A stretch of 64,000 nt of DNA from an uncultured Phycisphaeraceae bacterium (GTDB lineage: Bacteria > Planctomycetota > Phycisphaerae > UBA1845), in NCBI GenBank assembly GCA_964574815.1, contig CAZNPL010000025.1, forward strand, positions 12,054 through 76,053, written 5' to 3'. Below the pieces are notes generated by a model. That model made no database searches and was not told the DNA's origin. It was given only the letters and a program-made list of their open reading frames with translations. Below are positions 57,202-64,000 of the stretch, piece after piece. The position numbers and the translations under genes are program-made. Position 1 is the first letter of the stretch. Each line of letters starts with the position of its first letter.

Positions 57202-57224
57202 GCCGGCGACTCCGTGACCGTGCA

Positions 57225-57480
57225 AGTGTGCCACTGCGCTCGAGCAGTGAAGTAAAGCCGTATGCCACTGCGCTCGAGCAGTGCGGCCTTTACCGAGCCG
57301 CGACCGTAAGGGAGCGGAGCCTATGCAAACGGGTGCCACTGGCGGCTTGCCCGCCAGCGTTACCTCACGAGGCAAGCTCGGGTCGCATGGGCAAGCGAAG
57401 TTTGCCCGCGCAGTCGGGTGCGAACGGGTGCCATGCCCACGCTCGCGTGGGCATGAGGCCGGCGAAGGTACCATAGCCCG
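57225..57480. repeat. Composite REP/MITE-like palindromic repeat cluster upstream of ruvC.
   Basis: Two copies of tgccactgcgctcgagcagtg (a hairpin), the 27-mer ccgagccgcgaccgtaagggagcggag, GGGTGCCACTGG plus ctggcggcttgcccgccag, gggcaagcgaagtttgccc, and the 24-bp palindrome catgcccacgctcgcgtgggcatg (57431-57454). Confidence 0.65.
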
Positions 57481-57593
57481 GCGACACCTTCGCTGTGCGA
57501 CGACCGACCCGATCAGTACCACGACAGTCATGGAGCGGTCTCGCACAATACAACCGACAGCAGAACCCCGACTCAACGGAGGAGCAAAACGAC

Positions 57594-58094
57594 ATGGAGG
57601 TGTGCGGCGTGGATCCGGGACTCGGCACCACCGGCTACGCCGTCCTGGGCCTGGAGACCGAACGAATCCTCATCCGTGACGCAGGCATCTGCCGGACCGA
57701 CGACTCCGCCCCCCTCCCCGAACGACTCAATCAGCTCGAACGCGACTTCGCCGGCCTGCTCGCGCAATGGCGACCCGCCGCCGTCGGCGTCGAACACCTC
57801 TACGCCCACTACAAACACCCCCGAACGGCCATCCTCATGGGACACGCACGAGGCGTCCTGCTCGCCACCGCCGCCCGCTACGACGTCCGGGTCCACGACT
57901 TCAACGCCACCCAGGTGAAACGCTACCTCACCGGCAACGGCCGGGCCTCCAAAACCCAGATGCAGCGGGCCATCAAGTCCGCCCTCGCCCTGCCGAACCT
58001 CCCCGAGCCGAGCGATGTCGCCGACGCCCTCGCCGTAGCCCTCTGCTGCATCGAGGCCCTCCGCTCGCAGGAAACCTACCCGGTGCCGCGATGA
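57594..58094 (+). CDS. ruvC: Holliday junction resolvase RuvC.
   Basis: VCGVDPGLGTTGYAVL start; conserved RuvC acidic residues. ATGA overlap with ruvA. Confidence 0.85.
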   Translation: MEVCGVDPGLGTTGYAVLGLETERILIRDAGICRTDDSAPLPERLNQLERDFAGLLAQWRPAAVGVEHLYAHYKHPRTAILMGHARGVLLATAARYDVRVHDFNATQVKRYLTGNGRASKTQMQRAIKSALALPNLPEPSDVADALAVALCCIEALRSQETYPVPR

Positions 58095-58723
58095 TCAACC
58101 ACGTAACCGGCCAACTCGTTGAGGTACACGAGGAAACCGTCGTCGTCGAACGTTCGGGCATCGGCTACACGGTCGCGGTGCCGCGCTACGCCATCGGCGA
58201 ACTCGCCGCCCGCCGAGGGCGCGAAGTTACGCTGCACACGTTTCTGTTCATCGAGGGAAACCAGAGCGGCGGACACCTCGACCCCGTGCTCGTCGGCTTC
58301 CTCCACCCTGAAGACAAGATTTTCTTCCGCCGATTTATTTCGGTAAAGGGAATCGGCTGGCGAAAGGCCCTCAAGGCACTCAGCGAGCCGGTCGGTCACA
58401 TCGCCGCCTGGATCGAGCAGGTCGACACCGCGGCCTTGAAACGCCTGCCCGGAATCGGAGCCCGCGCCGCGGAGTTGATCGTCGCCGAATTGAAGGGCAA
58501 GATGGAGGACGTGGCCATCGCCGCCTCCGGCGTTCGACGCGTGGACACGGCCCGATTCACGCCGGACCAGCGCGACGCCCTCGAGGTCATGGTAGCCTTG
58601 GGCGATGGCCGCACCGACGCGGAGCAGTGGCTCGAAAGAGCCGCCCAGTTGCACAGCGACATCCAAAGCGCCGATGACTGGATCCGAGCCGCCTACAAAA
58701 TCAAAACCGGAGTCGAGGGCTAA
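58091..58723 (+). CDS. ruvA: Holliday junction branch-migration protein RuvA.
   Basis: MINHVTGQLVEV...; helix-hairpin-helix block LKRLPGIGARAAELIVAELKGK. Confidence 0.85.
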   Translation: MINHVTGQLVEVHEETVVVERSGIGYTVAVPRYAIGELAARRGREVTLHTFLFIEGNQSGGHLDPVLVGFLHPEDKIFFRRFISVKGIGWRKALKALSEPVGHIAAWIEQVDTAALKRLPGIGARAAELIVAELKGKMEDVAIAASGVRRVDTARFTPDQRDALEVMVALGDGRTDAEQWLERAAQLHSDIQSADDWIRAAYKIKTGVEG

Positions 58724-58726
58724 CAA

Positions 58727-58800
58727 ATGTCACTGCGCTCGAGCAGTGCAGCTTTCCGAGCCGCGACCGTAAGGGAGCGGAGCAATCAGAGCCGGGAGCG
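58727..58800. repeat. REP-like repeat between ruvA and ruvB.
   Basis: tgtcactgcgctcgagcagtg hairpin plus the 27-mer ccgagccgcgaccgtaagggagcggag (58756-58782). Confidence 0.6.
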
Positions 58801-58904
58801 CAAGCGACCGGACCGATCACTACTGCCACTGCCAAGGAGCGGTCGGCCAAAGACCAATGCGAATCAAACGAGGCTCATCACCCGACAACCATAACGAGTA
58901 ACTG

Positions 58905-59951
58905 ATGGCCCGCGAACGAATCATCTCAGCACAATCCACCAGCCCCGCAGAGGACGTCTTCCACCAATCCCTCCGCCCCCGCCGACTTGCCGAAATGGTC
59001 GGCCAGACCGGCGTGATCGAAAAACTCCAGATCGCCATGCAGGCCGCACGAGCCCGCGCCGAACCGCTGGAACACGTCATCCTCGACGGCCCACCGGGCC
59101 TTGGCAAAACCACCCTCGCCCACGTCATCGCCAACGAGATGGGCGGCAAAAACCTCCGCGTCACCTCAGGCCCCTCCCTCGCCCGCCAAGCCGACCTCAT
59201 GACCGTCCTCACCCAACTCGAAACCGGCGACGTCCTCTTCATCGACGAGGTCCACCGCCTCCCCCGCATCGTCGAGGAGTTCCTCTACCCCGCGATGGAA
59301 GACTTCCGCGTCGATTTCACCATCGAAGGAGGCCTCGGAGGCCGAATCGTCAACTTCGCACTCAAACGCTTTACCCTGATAGCAGCCACCACCCGCGCAG
59401 GCCTCCTCTCCGCCGCCATGCGCGACCGCTTCGGCCACCAGTACCATCTCGACTTCTACAGCCCCGAAGAACTCGCCGAAATCCTGAAGCGATCCGCCGC
59501 CCGACTCGAAATCGAGGCCACCGACGGCGCCCTGGAAATCGTCGCCGCCCGCAGCCGAGGCACCCCCCGAGTCGCCAACCGCCTGCTCAAGCGCGTCCGA
59601 GACTACGCCCAGGTCCGGGCCGACGGCATCCTCACCCCCAAAGTCGTCGAACACGCCCTCGACGTCCAACAAGTGGACCCGCTGGGCCTCGACGAGCTCG
59701 ACCGGGCCTACCTCACCTCGCTCGCCCGGGTCTACAAAGGAGGCCCCGCCGGCATCGAGGCCATAGCCGCCACCATGGGCCAGGAGCGCGATACGCTGGA
59801 GGACGTAGTAGAGCCGTTCTTATTACAAATCGGCTTCGTAGTCCGAACCCGCCAGGGCCGCCAGGCCACCTCCGCCGCCTACACCCATCTGGGCCTCCAA
59901 GAACCCCACAAACCCCAGAACACGACCCCCGACGAATCAACGCTATTCTAA
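58905..59951 (+). CDS. ruvB: Holliday junction ATP-dependent DNA helicase RuvB.
   Basis: Walker A GPPGLGKTT; sensor and arginine-finger blocks; 348 aa. Confidence 0.85.
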   Translation: MARERIISAQSTSPAEDVFHQSLRPRRLAEMVGQTGVIEKLQIAMQAARARAEPLEHVILDGPPGLGKTTLAHVIANEMGGKNLRVTSGPSLARQADLMTVLTQLETGDVLFIDEVHRLPRIVEEFLYPAMEDFRVDFTIEGGLGGRIVNFALKRFTLIAATTRAGLLSAAMRDRFGHQYHLDFYSPEELAEILKRSAARLEIEATDGALEIVAARSRGTPRVANRLLKRVRDYAQVRADGILTPKVVEHALDVQQVDPLGLDELDRAYLTSLARVYKGGPAGIEAIAATMGQERDTLEDVVEPFLLQIGFVVRTRQGRQATSAAYTHLGLQEPHKPQNTTPDESTLF

Positions 59952-59954
59952 AAG

Positions 59955-60290
59955 CAAGCAAGGTACACTGGATGCAATGGCGTGCCATGTTCATGCTTGC
60001 CAAGCGCCGCGCGTCAGTTGCCACGAGGGCCACGGGTGCCAAACCCATGTTCGCGTGGGCATGCAGTCGTAGGGCGGGTTCCACCCGCCGGGTGCCCGTG
60101 CGTTCCTTCCGTGCGGCGGCGGCTCGGACACACAACGTAGGGTGCATCTCGATGCACCTGCTGTAGCATCGTAGGGTACATCTTGATACAACTCCTAAAC
60201 TGTAGCCCACGCCCCGCCTGACACGCCACTGTAGGTCGGGCTCCGCCCGACATTTCAGCCTACCCTCCGGCCGACTCGCACGGCACCTCC
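59955..60290. repeat. Intergenic array of short hairpins / REP-like elements.
   Basis: GGGTGCCAAACCCATGTTCGCGTGGGCATG (family palindrome half), gggcgggttccacccgcc, gggtgcatctcgatgcacc and gtcgggctccgcccgac hairpins, each preceded by a (C)GTAGGG / TGTAGG motif. Confidence 0.5.
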
Positions 60291-60292
60291 TT

Positions 60293-63200
60293 CTACCCAC
60301 CCGTGAACGTCACCTGAAACACACCGAAATCGAGCAGGTCAACGAACCCGTCGCCATTCGCGTCGAAGCATTCGCACGGCCACCACACTTGGTCGGGAGC
60401 CCCGTCCGCGCATTCGGCCAAGCCCGCAAAGTCCACCAAGTCCACAGCGCCGTCCCGAACCACGCCCGCATCACCCCCGCAATCCGCAGGCAATCGCTCA
60501 TACGCCCCCATATCCACAATCGGCGCCACCCCGTCGCCGACATCCGCCGCAACCGGATCATCCACAAACCGCGGCGATCCGATCCGGTCGAAGGGCAAAC
60601 GCTCGGAAGAATCGCCATCCCGATCCAGATCCAACACATCCACGGGCACGCCCGCGTTATCTCCGGCGTCAACACAAGGCGAACCGGCTGACAATTGCAG
60701 ATCACCGAGCTCATCGTCCTCCGTACCCCACAGGTCGTCCTCCCCCGCCTCGGGCAACGCCACAAACAGCGGATCGACCGACAGATTGCCGCCGCTCCCG
60801 GTCGGGTCGGCAACGTTGAAGTAGTCGTATTCCGTATTCCCGAACACACAGTTCGACCGCAGCAGCGGGTTGCCGTTGAACTGGAACAGCCCCGAAGAAT
60901 TGAACGCCACGATCGTGTTCGTAATATCCGGAAAGCCCGTGTGCACGAACAGGCCACCCCCGGTAAAGCCGGCTTCGTTAACTACGATCGTGTTGTTCGC
61001 GACCGTCGGGGACGAGTGGTACGCGTACAACCCGCCGCCGTATTGACGAGCCTCATTGCCCGCGATGACGTTGTTGACGATCGCCGCGTCGGAATAGTAA
61101 AGATATACCCCGCCCCCGTGCATACTTTTCTTATTGCCCGTGATGAAGTTACCTGCAATCGTTGGACAGGAGCAGTAAACGGCCACTCCGCTTACGCGGT
61201 TTCCCGAGATGGTGTTATGAGCGATCGTCGGGGAGGCGCCGGCAACGTACACGCCGGCGTAATACTCACTTCCGGTGATCGTGAAACCGTCGATGGCGCT
61301 GACTCTGAAGCCCGCCCGAGCAGCGACGACCGGTCTGTCCCAATGGGTTCGCCGGGATAGGGTCGTGACGTTGGCCCGCCAGTCCCGCTCACCTCGCGCT
61401 GTCTCATCTCCAACAAAGCCGCCATACACGTACGCGTGGGAAGCAAGTGTGATGTGCTCCTCATACGTCCCCGCCTGCACCCAAACTTCGCCGCCACGTG
61501 CCGATGCCGCATCGACGCCCGCTTGGACCGTACGCTTGGCCAGCGCCCAGGACAAACCGTCGTTCGCATTGTCCCCTGCGGGGCTCACGCGAACGGTCGT
61601 ATACGGCCCCGCCGCCCAGAATGTGCCGTCGGATTCGTCGGCACCGATGTCCACGGTCCCGTCTTTGGGCTGAATACGTGACGTGCCGTCGATGTCAGAC
61701 TCAGTCAAAGCGTCCGCCTTGCTTCCGGCGTCCACACAGGGCGAACCGGGCTGGATGTGCACGTTGCCGTAGCGCAAGTCCGTCACCAACGGATCTTCGG
61801 AAATGTTGCCGTCGGTCCCGGTGGGGTCCGTGAGCCCGAAATAGTCGTACTTATCGTTGCCGTAGACGCAGTTGTATCGCAGCGTCGGCGCGCCGGCGTA
61901 TAGTGGTTGCTGATGAATTCCCGAGGAATTGAACGCAATGATTGTGTTTGCAATCGTCGGCGAGGACGCCCGGAGGTAAACGCCACCGCCGCCGAAGCAG
62001 CCGGCGTCGTTGGCGGTGATCGTATTGTTCGCGAGCGTCGGGGAGGAGTTCCACAAGAATAGCCCGCCGCCGCCGTCCCGCGCGCCGTTGCCCATGATCG
62101 CGTTGCTGACAATCGTCGGCGAGGACTCTCGCAGGTACAAACCTCCGCCGTATTCGGGGCTGCTGTTACTGGTGATCGTGTTGCCCGCGATGAGCGGAGA
62201 GGACGACTCTAGGTATAGTCCGCCGCCGCCTTCCGTCTCCGTGCTGTTTGCCCGAATCGTGTTGTGAATAATAGTTGGGGAGGAGCCATAAAGAGCCAAG
62301 CCGCCCCCTGCCGAATAATCGTTTCTGTTGCCCGTGATGGTGTTGTTCACAATCAATGCGGAGGAGGAACTGACCACTACCATTCCCCCGTCCCGGTGGC
62401 CCACGATGATGTTGTTCGAAACCACTGGAGAGCCCGTCAAGTGCACCCCACTACCGCGAGATACTTTACTATTGATAATTGTGAAACCGTCGATGGCGCC
62501 GACTCTATAGCCTCCAATGCCCGTCACCGTGGAGCCATCCCGCCACCCATCCAACGTCGTCACGTGGGCGCCCCAGTCTCGGTAGTCTCGCGATGTTTCA
62601 CCACCGGAGAATCCACCGTAGACGTACGCATACGCGGGCAGCATGATCTGCCCGCGGTATGTCCCGCCCTGCACCCAAACCTCGCCGCCAGACGCGGATG
62701 CCGCGTCGATCCCCGCCTGGACCGTGCGCTTGGCCAAGGGCCACGACGAGCCGTCGTTCGCGTCGTCCCCCGTTGGGCTGACGCGCACGATACTGTAAGG
62801 CCCCTCGGCCCATGCCGTGCCGTCCGACTCGTCGGCGCCGATGTCCACGGGCCCGTCCGGAGGCAGGACGCGAGGCTCGCCGTCCATGTCGAATTCACCG
62901 AACAAGTCGCCGTTCTTGCCTGCGTCCACGCAGGGTGAGTGCGGCTGAATATGCACGTTGCCATATCGCGAATCCCCCAAGAGCGGATCCGCCGAGATGT
63001 TTCCGTTGATTCCCGTCGGGTCGGCCAAACCCGAGAAATCGTGCTTCCTGTTACCGTAGACACAGTTGTAACGCAATGTCGGCGTACCAGGCTCCTCTCC
63101 GACTTGATCGATGCCGGACGCGTTGAACGCCACGATCGTATTCGCAATGATCGGCGAAGAAGATTCCAGGTGTAACCCGCTGCCGTCGTTGCGCGCAATC

Positions 63201-64000
63201 GTGTTGTTCGTGATCGTCGGAGAGGAAGACTCCAGGGAGATACCGCTGCTGCCATTGCCCGTGATGGTGTTGTTCGCGATCGTCGGGGAACAGTATTCCA
63301 GATGCATTCCGCCGCCGTTCCCGACGACTACGTTGTTGGTGACCGTCGCGGCGGAGTGCCCCAGAAGCAGTCCGCCAAAGCGATTGCCTGTGATCCTGTT
63401 ATCCGTGATCGACGCCGAAGAGTGCCACAGACGCAGCCCGCTGCCGCGATTGCCTGCGATCGTGTTGCCTTTGATCGTTGCGGAGCAAGAGTCCAGGTAG
63501 ACCCCGTCGGTCCGCCAACTAAGGCAAGAGCCGCCGCCGTTGGACACGATTCTGTTGTTCGCGAGCGTTGCCGAGGAGTCCTGCAAGTACACCACGCCGC
63601 CCTCGTGCGCGCAATTGCCTGTGATGGAGTTGTTCGTGATCGTCGGAGACGACTCGACCGCGCGCACACCGCCGCCGTAGTCCCCAAGGCCGTTCATTAT
63701 AGTAAAGCCGTCGACCCGCGTCGTTGCGGTCCCCTCGGGAGGCGCAATGATCACACTCTTCCAGTGGTTGCCGTCGAGGATCGTCAGGTTCGCGACCCAG
63801 TCGCGCTCGTTGAGCTCGGTCTCCGTGCCGGCGAAGCCGCCGTAGAGTCCAACGCCCAACGCCAGAGTAAAGTTCCCCACGTACCGCCCCGCCGCTACCC
63901 AGATCTGGTCGCCGGACTGTGCCGCGGCCAACGCGTCGTGCAGCGAGTCGTAGGCCGTCGCCCAGGACGTGCCGTCGCCACCGGGCGGCGCGTCATCGTC
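60293..64000 (-). CDS. Giant secreted right-handed parallel beta-helix (PbH1) repeat protein with a C-terminal EF-hand/dockerin-like motif. Partial: the N-terminus lies beyond the window end.
   Basis: At least 1212 aa in the window with the reading frame still open at 64000. Three internally repeated roughly 400-aa modules (SPTGDDANDGSSWPLAKRTVQAGIDAASASGGEVWV... repeated), each followed by NNTITGN-type beta-helix coils. C-terminal DANGDGFVDLLDF. Confidence 0.65.
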   Translation of the reverse strand, partial: DDDAPPGGDGTSWATAYDSLHDALAAAQSGDQIWVAAGRYVGNFTLALGVGLYGGFAGTETELNERDWVANLTILDGNHWKSVIIAPPEGTATTRVDGFTIMNGLGDYGGGVRAVESSPTITNNSITGNCAHEGGVVYLQDSSATLANNRIVSNGGGSCLSWRTDGVYLDSCSATIKGNTIAGNRGSGLRLWHSSASITDNRITGNRFGGLLLGHSAATVTNNVVVGNGGGMHLEYCSPTIANNTITGNGSSGISLESSSPTITNNTIARNDGSGLHLESSSPIIANTIVAFNASGIDQVGEEPGTPTLRYNCVYGNRKHDFSGLADPTGINGNISADPLLGDSRYGNVHIQPHSPCVDAGKNGDLFGEFDMDGEPRVLPPDGPVDIGADESDGTAWAEGPYSIVRVSPTGDDANDGSSWPLAKRTVQAGIDAASASGGEVWVQGGTYRGQIMLPAYAYVYGGFSGGETSRDYRDWGAHVTTLDGWRDGSTVTGIGGYRVGAIDGFTIINSKVSRGSGVHLTGSPVVSNNIIVGHRDGGMVVVSSSSALIVNNTITGNRNDYSAGGGLALYGSSPTIIHNTIRANSTETEGGGGLYLESSSPLIAGNTITSNSSPEYGGGLYLRESSPTIVSNAIMGNGARDGGGGLFLWNSSPTLANNTITANDAGCFGGGGVYLRASSPTIANTIIAFNSSGIHQQPLYAGAPTLRYNCVYGNDKYDYFGLTDPTGTDGNISEDPLVTDLRYGNVHIQPGSPCVDAGSKADALTESDIDGTSRIQPKDGTVDIGADESDGTFWAAGPYTTVRVSPAGDNANDGLSWALAKRTVQAGVDAASARGGEVWVQAGTYEEHITLASHAYVYGGFVGDETARGERDWRANVTTLSRRTHWDRPVVAARAGFRVSAIDGFTITGSEYYAGVYVAGASPTIAHNTISGNRVSGVAVYCSCPTIAGNFITGNKKSMHGGGVYLYYSDAAIVNNVIAGNEARQYGGGLYAYHSSPTVANNTIVVNEAGFTGGGLFVHTGFPDITNTIVAFNSSGLFQFNGNPLLRSNCVFGNTEYDYFNVADPTGSGGNLSVDPLFVALPEAGEDDLWGTEDDELGDLQLSAGSPCVDAGDNAGVPVDVLDLDRDGDSSERLPFDRIGSPRFVDDPVAADVGDGVAPIVDMGAYERLPADCGGDAGVVRDGAVDLVDFAGLAECADGAPDQVWWPCECFDANGDGFVDLLDFGVFQVTFTGG

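Noticed and set aside
55996-57576. 526-aa minus-strand ORF opposite cysS.
   Set aside because: Antisense GC artefact; cysS on the plus strand has clear HIGH/KMSKS-class motifs.

Overview
High-GC (about 65-70%) bacterial chromosomal window. The gene content looks Planctomycetota-like: dockerin-like C-terminal modules, DUF1579, multiple GT-C glycosyltransferase paralogs, giant repeat proteins, ECF sigma factors, and a Planctomycete/Verrucomicrobia-style microcompartment locus. The phylum guess is inference only.

Most of the window is housekeeping. Supported genes: nrdR, tilS, thiL-tsaE, rph-rdgB, a pdaD / DHS-like / speB polyamine cluster, thiS-thiG, an etfB-etfA-acyl-CoA dehydrogenase operon, ispF, cysS and ruvC-ruvA-ruvB.

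Accessory content:
- A compact sugar-phosphate-utilisation (SPU)-type bacterial microcompartment locus (approx. 46.5-52.5 kb): an RpiB-DeoC fusion with an internal encapsulation-peptide-like helix, a CoA-acylating aldehyde dehydrogenase with an N-terminal encapsulation peptide, one BMC-H, two tandem-BMC (BMC-T) and three BMC-P vertex genes. A short tyrosine recombinase sits immediately upstream.
- A tRNA-Lys(TTT) followed by a 32-nt exact direct repeat of its 3' end. The two bracket a 1.4-kb islet that carries an unusual MerR-HTH::HicB fusion plus HicA.
- Three tandem, junction-overlapping GT-C (ArnT/PMT/GT39-like) paralogs.
- Two unrelated secreted proteins, an RCC1-repeat protein and a C-type-lectin protein, share a cysteine-rich dockerin-like C-terminal module. 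A partial giant beta-helix protein carries a related EF-hand-like motif.
- An ECF sigma factor translationally coupled to a soluble partner, with a nearby membrane protein that has a Lon-protease-like N-terminal domain and C-terminal FG-GAP-like repeats.
- A family of palindromic REP/MITE-like intergenic repeats scattered through the window, concentrated around ruvCAB.

Caveats: many long antisense ORFs in the six-frame track are GC artefacts. Coordinates I derived myself, as opposed to track coordinates, carry about +/-2 nt uncertainty. Start codons include GTG/TTG.
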